Shown here piece by piece: positions 23,876 through 39,856 of a stretch of DNA of 64,000 nucleotides. The stretch covers positions 1 to 64,000 of the forward strand of contig JBPGPT010000047.1 of NCBI GenBank assembly GCA_051047955.1, read 5' to 3'. A program made the translations under genes and the position numbers. The DNA is from Cystobasidiomycetes sp. EMM_F5 (taxonomy: Eukaryota). The notes beneath the pieces are model-generated. The model searched no databases. It was not told the DNA's origin and saw only the letters and a list, made by a program, of their open reading frames with translations. Position 1 is the stretch's first letter. Each line of letters starts with the position of its first letter.

Positions 23876-26800
23876 ATGCTCCTGCTGTATCGCCAGACCC
23901 ATCCTGCGACTGCGCTCGTCCTCGCAGCCGACTCGCACTATCTGACCTTTCGGCGGCCCGCAGCTTCGACGTCGACCGCTGGGCCGCAGATTGAGCTGTC
24001 GTTGGATCCGCTGGCCGACTTTGACGCGCTTGGATGTACGCTGCTAGGGCGGGTGCACGCCTCGCTGGGCCTCGTCTGCCTCAACAATGACATATTCCTC
24101 TGCGTCGTCTCCAGCGCCAACAGCCTGACTTCGCGCAATACGCCCCAGGAACAGACGTACCGCATTACTTCGGTAGACTTCTACAGCGTAAGCTCTGCCT
24201 CCTGGGATGATTACAACCACCACGATCCCGGGACAGCCGGAGGGGCCGTTCATGCCCCGTTACACGGCCAGGGCAGCGGGGCAGCAGTCCCGACGACCAA
24301 AGGTGGACATGGTGGATCAGCAGGCAGATCCCTAGGTATCGGGGGAAGTAGCAGCACCGACTCGTTCGATTCGTCCGTAGCAGGTACAGGGGCCGCTTCC
24401 CCAGTTCTCTACGAACATCCGGCGACGTCAATGCACAAGATTCTATCCAATGGCCACTTCTACTTCTCCTCGGGCACCTACGATGTAACGACACGCTTGG
24501 AAGAGCGAATGCATCGGAAAGAATGCGGAGATTCCGACGTGGCGTATGACCCACGCTTCATATGGAACGGCTTCCTGATGGACTCAATGCTCGAGTTCAG
24601 GCAGAATCTGGAAGAAGGCGAAAAGCAAGCCTTTGACGAAGCTGCTTTTGTCGTGCCTGCTATCCAAGGTTTCATTGGTAGATCAGACTTTACGCTGTCT
24701 GGTAATCCCGTTACTTTATCCGTCATCTCGAGACTCGGGTCTGCAAGAGCAGGGACACGCTTCAACGCTCGCGGCATAGACGATGATGGCAATGTCGCAA
24801 ACTTTGTCGAAACGGAGACAATCTTCCGATCAAGCGATACCTGCTTTTCCTTTGTCCAGGTGCGAGGCAGCGTACCCTGTAAGTCATTGAGAGATCTGCT
24901 GCACGCAACCCCGCTTGTGCTGAAGTTGCATTCCAGTATTCTGGGAGCAGCAAGGCGGCAACCCATTCGGTGGCCAGAAACTGCAGATTACTAGACCCGC
25001 TATAGCCTCACAACCTGCCTTCAACAAGCATTTTACAGGCTTACTCGCATCGTATCAGAGAGTGCAAGCTGTCAACTTGCTTTCCACCAAAGATCACGAG
25101 GCTCTCTTGACGAGCACATACCGGGATCATCTGCGGAATTTGAATGCCCAGCTTGGCGAGAAGGAAGGGCCGCTACACATAAACGAGAAAGCCAGTGATG
25201 AGGTTGGGTTTGCAGAATTTGACTTTCATCGAGAAGTCAAGAGTGTCGGCGGGATTGAAAATATTCGAGAAGTCATCCGCAGAGATCCGCATCTGGGTGG
25301 TCTCTTGCACACTCTGGGCTACTTTCTTGTGACCTTGAACAATGAAGGTCATGAAACGACTCTAACTCGACAAGAAGGAGTCTACAGAACAAACTGCTTG
25401 GATTGTCTAGAGTAAGCAGGGCTGTTTCGCTGAAGCTATTCACTTCGCTCACAAGAGTGCATCACAGCCGTACGAACGTCGTGCAAGCTATCTTGTCGCG
25501 TCTGTCGATAGACGAATATATGGGAAACATTATTCCAGCATGGGCCGGATCCGACATCCTTTTGAATGTGCATCGAGGGCTATGGGCAGAAGTAAGGCTA
25601 TCGTTATCCTAGCGACACTGCTCAACTCATCGCTAATGGCGACGCTTATCTGTAGAACGGAGACGCTCTCTCCAAGATATACGCCGGCACGGGAGCCATC
25701 AATACCAGCTTCACACGAAATGGAAAGCGTACGCTCGCCGGCGCGCTGTCAGATGCCACAAAATCAGCCGCTCGATTGTATATATCAAACTTTCTGGACA
25801 AAAATAAGCAATTGGCTATCGATTCCTTGCTCGGTAACATCAGTACTCAGAAAAAGGTCGTAGTGGTCGATCCTATCAGAGATAGCATGGAATCAGCTTT
25901 GCGGCATCGCCTTACAGAGTACTCTACCGAAAAAGACTACCATGTCCATTGCGGCACCTTCAATGTCAACGGCAAGGTGCCACAAAACGAAAGCATCTTG
26001 CCATGGCTGTTTCCTCGCAACTGTGAGCCGTCCCGATCGTCAAGGCATATTTATCGCTGACCGTCATCTGACAGCCGTCGAGCCCGATATTATCGCTCTA
26101 GGCTTTCAGGAGCTGGTAGAACTTTCTCCGCAACAGATTGTGAGTGTGTACCTCAACGGACCCATTTTCGGGAAGCCTGACATAGGCTGTGTGCGTAGAT
26201 GGCTACCGACCCAGAAAAAATGAGGAGATGGCAGGTCATTCTTGAAGAGGCTATTTCTTCGAGACATTCCGAGAAGGCAAAGTATGTACTTCTGAGAGCT
26301 GAGCAGCTAGTCGGAACAGCGTTGATCGTCCTGGTAAAGACGAGCATTGTGTCGCACATTCGCAATGTCGAGACTGCTAGCAAGAAGACTGGATTGAAAG
26401 GCATGGCTGGTAACAAAGGAGCCGTAGCGCTCCGTTTGGAGTTGGATGATGCATCCTTCTGCTTCATTACTGCCCACTTCGCTGCGGGACATTCCAACTT
26501 CGAGCAACGTAACCTTGGTGAGTGCTGTTCCATCACCATTTGCACAAAGTATGCGCTCGGGCTCAGTATGTGTATCTCTCAGACTATGCGACTATCGCGC
26601 ACGGCCTGCATTTTCGCCGAGGTCGGCGAATATCCACCCATGATAACGTGTTGTTCTGCGGGGATCTTAACTATCGCATTTCGCTTCCCAATGAGCACGT
26701 TAGGGTACTCGCAGTCAGCGATGACTATGCAGATCTTGTTGAAGGCGATCAGGTATGTTGTCATGGCTTCAGTCCAAGTCACACCCCCTCCGACTCACAC

Positions 26801-27905
26801 ACGCGTTGTTGGTTTTCAGCTCACGATGTGTATGGGACGGCTGTCGGTGTTTGCAGGGTATTCCGAAGGCCCGTTGGTCTTTCGCCCGACGTACAAGTAC
26901 GACAATAATTCCGATGCGTACGATACAAGCGAGAAGCAGCGAGTTCCATCCTGGACGGGTAGGACAAAGCATGCCGCATTCATAGATCATCCACACTGAT
27001 GCTAGCGTCGCATTCTCAGACCGCGTCCTATACAAAGGGAAGAGCATGAGCTTGCTCGAGTACGACCGAGCTGAATTACGTTTATCGGACCATCGACCTG
27101 GTATGTGGTGACCACTCGCCAGACATGCGTATCCTTCTCAGCGTTCAACCTTTATACTTGCAGTGTATGCGTTGTTTCGAGTAAGGGTCAATGCAATCGA
27201 CTCAGCAAAGAAGGAAGCCATTGCACGGGAACTACTGGCTACGCTCTCGCCTAGGAAGGCACGGTCCAGCATTACACACTCGGCTCTTGCGAATCTCCTA
27301 GACGACATCGATGAAGCTTGTAAGGGCCGGACAAGTCACGCCGAAAACGGTGCATCCGGAGCTGAATGACCTTTGTTCTCTACCGTCTTACAGTGCCGCC
27401 TTCCAGCACAGACACAGTGACATGGTGGCAGGACACGGACCTCGTAGTAGTGACACACACTGCAGCACTTAATCAGAGCAAGCGCAATCCGACAGTTGAT
27501 AATCCCTTTGACAAGGATTACTTTTTCGTACCTGTCGCCTACAACAAAAATGGCAAGGAAGACTTGCTGGATGCCGAACCTACCGACTATCTCGGAACAG
27601 CCCTTCTACAACCACGGTCCCAATCACCCGCGGCTGTCGATTCATTGTCAGTACCAGCCTCGATGCCTACAAGATCCGCCAGCGTCAAAAGAAAGCCAGT
27701 ACCGCATACCTATACGAGTAACCCGATCACCAAAACCTCTGCTCCAGCTCTGCCGCCTAAGTTACCGGCATTGCCTGTATCGCCGCAGACGGTGCAGCCC
27801 AACGCAGAAGCCGAGTTGCGCAGCGCCATCAGTGACAATATCTTCCTGCAGGCGGACCGGGCGCATAAAGCCAGCTCGCCCAAGCCGGCACCGAGAGGAG
27901 GATGA
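23876..27905 (+). CDS. Synaptojanin-like phosphoinositide phosphatase (Sac1 domain, 5-phosphatase, Pro-rich tail), INP52/53-like
   Basis: RAGTRFNARGIDDDGNVANFVETE, RTNCLDCLDRTNVVQ, GMAGNKGAVA, GDLNYRI, PTYKYD..PSWTDR and SDHRP. Confidence 0.95.
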
Positions 27906-28216
27906 GCAGCGTTGACCTGTAGCATAGCCATAGTGTGCATATGAACGAGTGAATGTGTCGTAAATATCGCCAACCTTATTCTTTTGCAAGGTCCATGCCG
28001 CCTTTTGAGCCACCCGGGCGCTCCGGCGCGTCCCCCTCAGGATATCAGGCGCGTCCTAGCTGACTAGCCAGCCCTTCCGCAACCCGACTGGACATCACAG
28101 ACCACATCACACGGCTGCGCTGCTGACTGTCATCTCCCACGCTCGTTCTTCTGAAGCCTCACTCATTTTACAGGACTCCAATCTGCCGAGGTCCGTGCGC
28201 CGAAGCGTAAAGTAGC

Positions 28217-29750
28217 ATGGCCATCACGCTCGACGGAAACAATGGCCAACCTGTGAGCAAGCTGGCAAGTCCTCGGTGAGTAGGAGTTGTGCCATGTTGG
28301 ATACTGCGCTGCCGAATCGTTGATGTTTGGCGACATTCAGGGCCAGGGCAAGCTGTGCGTTAGCAGCTGCAGTCTGCGTGCTTCTAACACTATCGTGGCT
28401 GTGGTCACCGAGCACAATTGAATTGCCTCGACTAAGCCATCTGAAGGCTCATCTGGATCAGGCATTTACGAAACCACCCATGTAAGATTGAAAAACAGTC
28501 ATCAAATTATGAACTCATTTCGTTATGACTTCTCCCATCTCACAGAGTATGCGACCCACATTCATTACCCGGAGCCTTTCATGTCCTAGAAGGCCACAAA
28601 GAAAGCCCCGAAAAGTCTCTTCAATCGCTATGGCAGCCCGTTCAAGTCGCTGGGACCGCCAGTGGTGATGCGAGCACTCTTTCGAGCCCGAAATGTGCAC
28701 CTCAATCTTTTGTCCAACGCTTGGCAAGTGGTGATGCTGCATATCTGCAAGAACATGCAAGCAACAAGACAATTCTGCTGGTTGGCTGTTCCATAGATCG
28801 AAACAATCTGCAGCAGATGTGTGCACTGCTGCAAGGAGAAATGACGCTGGTCGACATGAACTCTCCCTTGTGGCCTCAGCCAAACATTCAGACGGACTTT
28901 CCTGCCTGGAGACCAAACGGTCAATCGCCCCACAGTTACCCACGGATCTGCCACATCGTTTGTTTCTTCGACAGTCCAACATGCAATTTCCAATACTGAC
29001 AGTTGCTTACAGCGTTCAATCGATCTCATGCTAGTCAACATTTTCCACTTTGGTCTTGATGAAGATGGTTTCTTTTCCACAAAGGATCAGTATGGCCCAC
29101 CCTACACGACCGAGGAGAGAATCAAGCAGATTGCGATGCCGCTGGTCGAAAAGATAGGAAGGCCTGTCGATATTGTAGAATTTGGGACCGGCGTAAGCTG
29201 TTTCACTGATCTCGTGCCCTCTGTCCTTGTTTAACTATCTCGCTATAGCTTTGGGATCTCGCTCGCTTCGGTCGCATCGATGACGAAACATCCGAGCAGG
29301 CTGTTCGACACCTCACTCAGGACCGAATAGACTGGTATGCCAGCAGATACTCAACAGTTCTCAGCTACCTTGGAAATCTTTTCCCTTCGTCCAATTTGTA
29401 TGTGCGCAAATTGCACATGACCGGCGAAGATGCAAACACAAATTTTGCAGTGAGTTTCTGTAGGGGCATACCTTTGCTCATCGACTTCTGACAAGCCTCT
29501 GCCACAGCAATATTGGGGAGGAGCGGGCGGCAAGAAGACGTACTTTTTCCCAAGCTGGCGTATCTACGAGCTGAATCAAGCTATCGAAGCCGCTCTAGCT
29601 GTACCGCAAAACATGCGATGGCATGCAGATCGATGGGGAGAAATGATCTTCGGCAAGGCTGTTTATTGGGAAGGCGACGTCCATCCTGCACCGGCGGCTT
29701 CCGTGATGTGGCTCGAACAAATGCTGTTCCGCCTCATCAACAGTAAGTGA
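28217..29750 (+). CDS. SGNH/GDSL-like protein, paralog B
   Basis: TM ALAAAVCVLLTLSWLW, NKTILLVGCSIDRNN, IFHFGLDED..KDQYGPPY, WDLARFGRIDD, GDVHP and WLEQMLFRL are colinear with paralog A. Confidence 0.7.
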
Positions 29751-29986
29751 AAACCCATGTGAATTTATACTGGTATAAACTTGGAGTATCAGCAGTGTGC
29801 TTATGAGATCTCATGCATCTCTGCTGTTGAAGTCGTCTTGTATTTTGGACAGTATGCACGAGGTTATCATATCACCCATGTATCCCGCCCTTTCACCCTA
29901 TGCATCCATATTGAAAAATGCTATCGATGCTATCGCGACTGCTTCAGGCCTGTACTAGTCTATCCTTGTTGCATCACGATCAGAGC

Positions 29987-31809
<1,823 letters not shown>

Positions 31810-31904
31810 GTTGAGTGGTTGCCCAAAAAGAAACGTCTGATGAAGTTGATTCGCTTTCGGCTTTCAACCCAATTGACTTGAAGAATTCTGTATAACCTGC
31901 GGGC

Positions 31905-32913
31905 ATGACCATGTCGCTCAACCACCGACACTGCTGCAGTGTACGGCAGCTGGTCCGTCAGATGGGCCAGGCTGAGCTGAGCGGGCGGACGTTTGCAATG
32001 ACTGCCAGGCAGAATGAGCCGGATACATCGACCACAGTGACACCTAGAACCACGATATTGCGACAGGCGTCCACTTCTTCCTCTTCCTCGACGTCGACAT
32101 CCACCCCGTCCGCCTCCAAACCGTCCGCAAACCCGCCAAAACCTGGCCGTCTCACTAGCATTTCTGAAATTTTGGCTTCAGCGTCAGCGGCCAACACTGC
32201 GCGGACGTATAATGCTGCAGGACCGTCTGATGCATTCACGAGTCGTATGCCAGCTGTCGGCGGCGAAGGGTTTGGGCGAGCTTCGCAGAGAATGTCCCAG
32301 TCGCGGTACAACGAGACGTATGCGCCCTACAGGCTGCACGCGCAGTGCATGAAGCACAACACCATCCTATCCCTCACCCGCGTGTCGACGACGGCTCAGG
32401 CCAACATGAATGATGCTCGACAAGTGCTCAGTGCTTCGCTTGATGGGAGACTGGGCAACCAGACGGCCGCTTCGGCCAACGGTCAGACTGTGCTGAGGAC
32501 CAGCTGCGGGATGAATGGCTTCAAGAAGGCGCAGCGGGGAAGTGTTGAAGCCGCCACAGTCACCGCAAACAAGATGTTTACCCTCATAGAGACATTCTCG
32601 TGAGTAACGGGCCGTAAAAGAAAAGTAGTGCATCCGGCAGCTGACTTGTACGGCCTCCAGATCCAACGACAGAAAAACAACAAGAGGCAACAGGGTGCAG
32701 GACCCACCGCCTACTGCGATAGAGCTGGTCTTCAAGGGGTACGGTCCAGGGCGGGAAGCACTGGTCGCTGCGCTCGGTACCGACGCCGGGCAGCGAGTTC
32801 GCATGCTGGTCAAGCGAGTGACGGATGCGACGCCGGTGAAGATTGGGGGAACGCGGCCTAGAAAGCGCAGGATGCTGTCACCGCCGCTAGACCTCAGAAG
32901 GCGGCGGTTCTAG
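31905..32913 (+). CDS. MRPS18: Mitochondrial ribosomal protein uS11m
   Basis: HNTILSLT, CGMNGFKKAQRG, VFKGYGPGREA and VTDATPVKIGGTRPRKRR. Confidence 0.88.
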
Positions 32914-33161
32914 ATGATGACTGTTGTATCGTCGACAACTGATCGCTTCGAGCCTTTTGCGACTGCCGACCTGAAACGCTGCCGTCCAGCCTGAGCTGCC
33001 CCACCTGAGCCACGACGTCGCTACTCGGACGCCGTTTGACGTTTGTCGGATACCAGACTCGGCTGGTTGCACCGTGGTCGACGTCCGTAAACCATTCTAC
33101 TCGACCCATTTGCGGGCAATTCAGCACTTCGTCTGCAGCGACAGCCAGCAGGTCGCACAGG

Positions 33162-36100
33162 ATGTCGACGTCCGGATCCACGTCGGCGGCAGTAGCTGCC
33201 TTCAAAAAGTTGGAAGGGTCGCAAACTAAAAAGCTCGAGAATGTGAGTACCGTCGTGAGAATGGTTTACTCTCAGGCAGTGCTTACCGGAGGTGAACGTT
33301 GACCAGACGAGCAAGAGAGACTATCTCATTGAGCTGGAGCAGAAGTACCAGAAGGAATGGAAGGATGTACGTATTTCATGACTAGGTGCTAAAGATTTAT
33401 GCTAAACAGGGTACGCGCAGGGCAAGGTCTTTGAGATCAACTCTCCGTCATCCGAGGGTGCATACGCAGCACTTGCAGGCTTGACATTTATCGACTGACT
33501 CAAATCCCTCCCAGATGCATCACTCCGCAACCTCTCTGGCGAGGAGCTGCGTCAGAAATACCCAAAGTTCTTTGGAACGTAAGTCAGGCCAGATTACATC
33601 ACGATTGAAGCCCGTCTGACTTGACATTCACTCCTTCAGGTTTCCCTACCCTTACATGAATGGTTCTTTACATCTTGGTCACGGCTTTACAATCTCCAAG
33701 ATCGAGTTTGCGACTGGCTTCGAGTGGGTACGAACCATGTAGCGAGGTCTAATTACCTAAGCTTTATCCCTGTCAGACGCATGCTTGGAAAGCGCGCTCT
33801 CTTCCCAGTCGGATTCCACTGTACCGGAATGCCCATCAAGGTTAGTACATCCAGTTCTGTACAGTTCGCCTAGCTCATATGAGTCGCTCTCACCCAATCA
33901 GGCATCGGCAGACAAGCTTATCCGCGAAATGGAAATGTTTGGCCCAAACTTCGAAAACTTCAAAGATGAAGAGGTCGACATTGACGAAGCGCTTGCTCAG
34001 AATGGTCCATCGGTAGACACTCAGCCTGTGTCGAGTCAGGATGCGACTGCGCCGTCGACTTCTACATCTACAGGTAACGTCGATAAGTCCAAGAAGAGCA
34101 AAGTCAATGCAAAGAGTACAGGTCTAACCTATCAATTCCAAATTGTGAGGTGTTTGAACCTGAAGACTGTCTAACCCGTGACTGAACAGATATTTGCAGA
34201 TGGAATCAATAGGAGTACCAAGAGAGGAGATCAAGCGCTTCGCAGACCCGTTGCACTGGATAGACTACTTTCCCCCGATCGCCACGGCTGATCTGACTGC
34301 TCTCGGCGCAAGGGTAGACTGGCGACGATCTTTCATCACAACTGATCTCAATCCTTTCTACGACAGCTTTGTACGATGGCAGATTAATCGTCTTCGCGAG
34401 ATGGACTATATCAAATTTGGCAAGCGCCATACAATCTATTCGCCGAAAGACGGACAGCCTTGTATGGACCATGATAGGCAGACAGGCGAAGCAGTAGGTC
34501 CGCAAGAGTACACTGCTCTGAAGATGGAGGTTGTAGCGTGGTCCAAAGCCGCTCAAGATCTCGGGCAGAAACTCGGAGCGAAGAAGGTCTTCATGGTAGC
34601 TGCCACGCTTCGACCAGAGACCATGTACGGGCAAACAAACTGTTATGTTGGCACTGGAATCACGTATGGCCTGTATGAGGCCGCGGGAGGCGATTCTTAC
34701 TACCTCGTGACAGAGCGTGCTGCCCGAAATATGGCCTTTCAAGACACGCTCGTGGAGCGCGGCAAGTATGAGAAGGTTGCGCAAATTAAAGGATCGGACC
34801 TGGTCGGAACGAAGATTAAAGCGCCGTTTAGCGTTTACGACGAGGTCTACGTCTTGCCAATGGACGGCGTCCTTGCGTCAAAGGTAATGCTTGTCTCCCT
34901 GCTCTGAGAAGAGTATTGCTAATGCAAGGATGCAGGGTACGGGCGTTGTTACATCCGTTCCCTCCGACTCACCAGATGATTACGCCACCCTGATGGACTT
35001 GCGAAAGAAGCCGGAATACTACAATATCGAAGCTACCTGGGCAGCATTCGAGCCCATCTCTGTCATTTCTACGCCTGAATATGGAGACCTCACGGCGCCA
35101 ACCTTATGCAAAGAGCTCAAGATTGGGTCTCAAAAGGACAAGAAGCAGCTAGAGTTAGCGAAAGAGAAAGCATACCGCGCAGGATTTTACTCTGGAGTAA
35201 TGACGATTGGTAATTACAAGGGCGCTAGTGTGCAGGATGCGAAGCCTAAGGTTCGCCAAGAGATGATTGACGCCGGTCTTGCCTTTGAGTACCAAGAACC
35301 AGAGAGTCAAGTCATGTCTCGGTCCGCGGACGAGTGTGTCGTTGCTCTGGTCGACCAATGGTACATGGATTACGGCTCGGAAGCGTGGCGACCAAAGGCC
35401 GAAAAGTAAGTGGCATCAACTTCGTCTGCTGAAGTGGTTAATCACATTAATCACATTCTCAATTGCAGGCTCTTGGCGAACATGAACACATACAATCAAG
35501 AGACACGTAACGCCTTCGACGGTGTTATGAATTGGCTTCGCCAGTGGGCATGCGCGAGATCGTACGGACTTGGATCGAAAGTCCCGTTTGACAAATCGCA
35601 ACTGGTTGAATCGTTATCCGATTCTACGATATACATGGCGTACTACACCATTGCACATCTGCTGCAGGACGGAAATATCAAAGGCGAGAAGACAGGACCG
35701 CTTGGCATAAAGCCTGAAGATCTTACAGATGAAACATGGGATTACATCTTTGGTCGCGGCGACTTTCCTACCAACACCGGCCTCTCCAAGGAGCAGGGAG
35801 AAGCACTACGAAGCGAATACACATAGTACGTCAGGCGATTTGTCTATCGTAGTGCATGCTGATACGTTTACAACAGCTTCTACCCGATGGACATCCGCTC
35901 CTCCGGAAAAGACCTCATTCCAAACCATCTCAGTTTCTGTATCTACGTGCATTCGGCTCTGTTTCCCGAGGGCATGTGGCCCAGAAGTATGCGCGCAAAT
36001 GGCCATCTCCTCCTCAATGGCAAAAAGATGTCAAAGTCGACTGGAAATTCGCTTACTCTACGAGACAGTGTGCAGAAGTACGGAGCCGATGCAACACGGC

Positions 36101-37351
36101 TAGCCCTGGCAGACGCTGGTGACGGTATTGAAGATGCTAATTTCGAGGAAGATGCCGCGAATCAGCTCATTCTCCGAGTTTTCAACCTGATTGGCTTCGC
36201 GAACGTAGGTTCACATTCGTTGGTCGGCCCTTCTATCTCACCTAATTCAATCGATCACAGGAGACATTGTCTGAATCTGCTAGTCTCCGGACCGGCGCTA
36301 GGAACTTCTGGGACAATGTGTTTGAAGCCGAGATGAACGACAGTATCGTCCGAACCAAGCAGTTATATATCGAGTAAGGAACCTAGGAGTCACCAGTGCA
36401 TACGACTGAATCGACTATCCTGCAGGGCTCGCTATAAAGATGCGATCAAGGCCGGTTTCTATGACTTCCAGATTTTCCGCGATAATTATAAATTGGCTAC
36501 GAGCGGGGACGTGGGGATGCATCGTGATCTGATCCTCGGCTGGATCCGCAACCAAGCACTCCTCATTCTTCCCATTGCGCCACACTTCGCAGAGCACATT
36601 TGGAAAGAAGTGCTTAAGGAGGGAAGCAGTGTGCAGGCTGCATCGTTCCCAGAACCTTCCGCTCCAGCCGACCAGTCTGCGATTGAGGCCGGCAAGTATG
36701 TACATAACCTGCTTAGTAGTATACGCAGCACCGAGGCGACCTTTGCGAAAAAGAAGAGCAAGGGTAAAGTCACCACAGGATACGATCCATCGAAGCCAAA
36801 AGGCGTCCGCATTTTTGTCGCCAAAGATTTTCCTGCCTGGCAAGCAAACTGCGTGGAAGCCGTCAAGCAAGTGTACAACGCCGAGACGAATGAGGTCGAC
36901 ATGGCAAAGGTGAAGTCTGTGCTGGCAGAGAAAGGCCTAGCCAAAGAAGCCCGAGCGCTTCCTTTCTCGGTCATGTTTGCAGTAAGCACTGCAATGTGGA
37001 AATTGTTGGCTCAAACAGCTGATAAATTCGATGTCTAGAACCGTGTCAAGCTCTATGGAGCTTCTGCATTGGACCGCAAATTGCCTTATGATGAGTATGA
37101 GTCCGTGGTCGCAGGACTGCCCTTCATCAAAAGGCAGCAGAAGAGCGAGGATATTACGGTAGAGACGGTCGACGAAGCTTTGAAAGCGACGGAAAGACTC
37201 AAGGATAGTGCGGGAGCGCAAGGCTACGATACTAGGTCTATCGAAAGCGCCGAGCCGGGTGTCCCGAAAAGTGAGCCCAATGACCTGTGCAATGCAATAT
37301 CCACAAGCGAGCTAATTCAAAACTATCCTAGTCATCTTCTACAATCTTTAG
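33162..37351 (+). CDS. CDC60: Cytosolic (eukaryote/archaeal-type) leucyl-tRNA synthetase
   Basis: [14 protein letters not shown] (HIGH), [46 protein letters not shown] and KMSKS; many introns. Confidence 0.97.
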
Positions 37352-37536
37352 TAAATCGTTAGTTTCCGACGTCGTAGTCCGATGCAGCAAGCATGGGAAA
37401 GCAGAGCAATAGGTTGGTCAGTCACAAAGGGCGGATTTTCACCCAGTCGAGTACAACAACACACTCATTGGTCGGCTACACACGTTGATTTATGCTGATG
37501 ATGCTGGGATGCTGTGCTATGATACTTGATAACTTC

Positions 37537-39856
37537 CTAATCTACTGATGTGATTTGTACCTGCTGTTGCTCTAGCGTTTCGAGCCAATTTGCGTCCAAG
37601 CCTTCTCGCATGAGCCAGCCCTTGTCGCCCAGCCATCGCTTGATTCTCTTGCGGTCTGCTCGCTCAACGTCTTCATGTGCGAGCCCTTCCACTCCATCTA
37701 AAACTTGTACATCACCACTGCCCTCCAGAGCCAGCGCTGACCAGCCGATGATCATCATTCCCGGCGGTCGTTGTTCTCCTGCCTGCTCCATGGCATTCAC
37801 GATTCCTTCGAGGGTAGACGCAACCATCCGCTGATCCGGCGAAGAAGCCTTTTCAATGATTGCGATAGGGCAGTATGGAGGATAGGCAGGACCATCTCGA
37901 GCACCGCCTTCTCGGCCATGTTCTTCCTGCCCTTGTTCGGAAGTCAAAGCGTTAACGACACCTTGTAGCCGCGCTACACCCATCAGGATGATTGTCGTCC
38001 TCGATCGCTCATAACCAGGCAATCTGACACCTTTGCCTTTACGACCGACTCCTGTACAGACGACCACGCTTTCGCTGACTCCTCGTTGTGTTACGGGAAT
38101 GCCCGCCATTAACGGACCTGCAAACGCGGACGAGATACCAGGTACGACGACGGCTTCAAAGCCTCTCTCTCGGAAGAAAAGTACTTCTTCGCCTCCTCTT
38201 CCATATACGTAGGGATCACCCTGCTTTAATCGCACGACTACCTCGCCGCGGAGAGCGCCGTCATATGCGAGATCCATCAGCTCGTTCTGAGCTCCTTCGG
38301 CATTGCCCGGAAACTTTTTTGCAATAGTGAGGGGAATATGTTTCGGTATCAGAGCAAGGATTTCCTGTGGCACTAGCTTGTCTGATAGAATGAGTGTGGC
38401 AGACTGGGTGAGCAATCGATGTGCGGCCATTGTGAGGAGGGCGGGCGAGCCTGGACCGCTTCCAAGCAGGAAGATCTTGCCTCGTTTCGCTGGAATTGCA
38501 TCAATTACGCTTAGATCCAGAGAATGCCTCGATGATGATGAAGGTGCAGTAGCATTTTGCGAATATCCGGTGTAGAGATCGCGCACCGCGCTGCCTTGTA
38601 AAGCAATCGAATTTGGCGTTGCACCCGCAGACGCCATTGTAGAAGGCGCGTCTCCTTCGGCAGGGCCATTCGTGGCTGATCTTGCAAAAACACTGATCAC
38701 TCGAGCCGCCTCTTCCTCTGACAAATTTGACAGTCTTTCCAAAGGCCAGTATTCGGCTGAATGAATTGGTCAATAGAGGATCATGATCATAAACAATGTA
38801 TGCCAACTCACATAATTGAGCAATGAACCGCATACGCGTCCGTGAAGACAGCTTGAAATCAGAGGCCGATGGCGACTGCGACAGCATCTCTTCCATTTTG
38901 TTACCGATTGAGTCTGCGGGGGGCGTGGCGGGGGGCGTAGGAGGTATGTGTGACGGTGGAAGAACATTGTGAAATATGCTCTTTGTGCGGTTTGGGGATG
39001 TGCATTTCGCGCGTGATGGCATGCTCAATTGCGGGACAGGTTTATTTAACATCGTAGACGACCATCCTTCTTCGCGTTCTCCATCGTCTAGTCTCTCTCG
39101 TGAGAGTGTTGACGATGCGGCATCCACTTCCTTTGCCATCTCTCTCAATCTGCCAATCTTTTCCACTGCATTACCAATACCCCTCGGCAGTTTCGCAACG
39201 ATCTCCCTTCGTAATCGAGAAGCGAGACGGCAAGAGGTAGCGTTCGTCGTGATTGCTATCTGGAGAGGACTAGCCTTGTAAGGCGAGTGACCAGATGTAG
39301 CGGACGTCGCTGAATCCGAAAGTAAGGGAAAGCGGTATGTTGCAGGAAAGCGAAAGTCGGATAGTTCTGGGTAATCCGCCACGTTGACGGGTAGTCTTGC
39401 TGCAAAGCAAGCGTGTCGTATACACGCGGCTGAATCATACGATCTTTGGGCGGACGCTGGAATAGAAGAAGGTAATGTATCGGTAACGCAAACGAGCGAT
39501 ATGTCATTTTGAATGACTGGAGGTATGCTTGCGAGCCAGTCTTGCCATGCATAGTCATTGCTTGGTATTTCTATGCTAGAAACCTGACGAGCTTCGAGTC
39601 TTGCTTGCAGTTCGGCATCAAGCTGTCGGGCGTCGTTGTGCACTCCAAGGACTACCCGCAATCCAGCTTCCAGGCAAGCAAATGTCCGCACTGCTGCGAG
39701 TCGTTGCTGCCCGATAACGAGCACAGTCTTGCGAACTGCAGCACTGCTCGTCGGCGGCGAGAAGGCCAACAGCAGCGGCGCTCCTAGCTGAGGGTCTGGG
39801 AAACCCTTGGCTGCGACCGACGTGGCAGCGGTCTCGTCCTCATCCATGGTGGTCAT
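37537..39856 (-). CDS. MET1: Uroporphyrinogen-III C-methyltransferase (siroheme synthesis) with a Met8-like N-terminal region
   Basis: VNVADYPELSDF, LLGSGPGSPALLT, VVRLKQGDPYVYGRGGEE and VVPGISSA. Confidence 0.93.
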
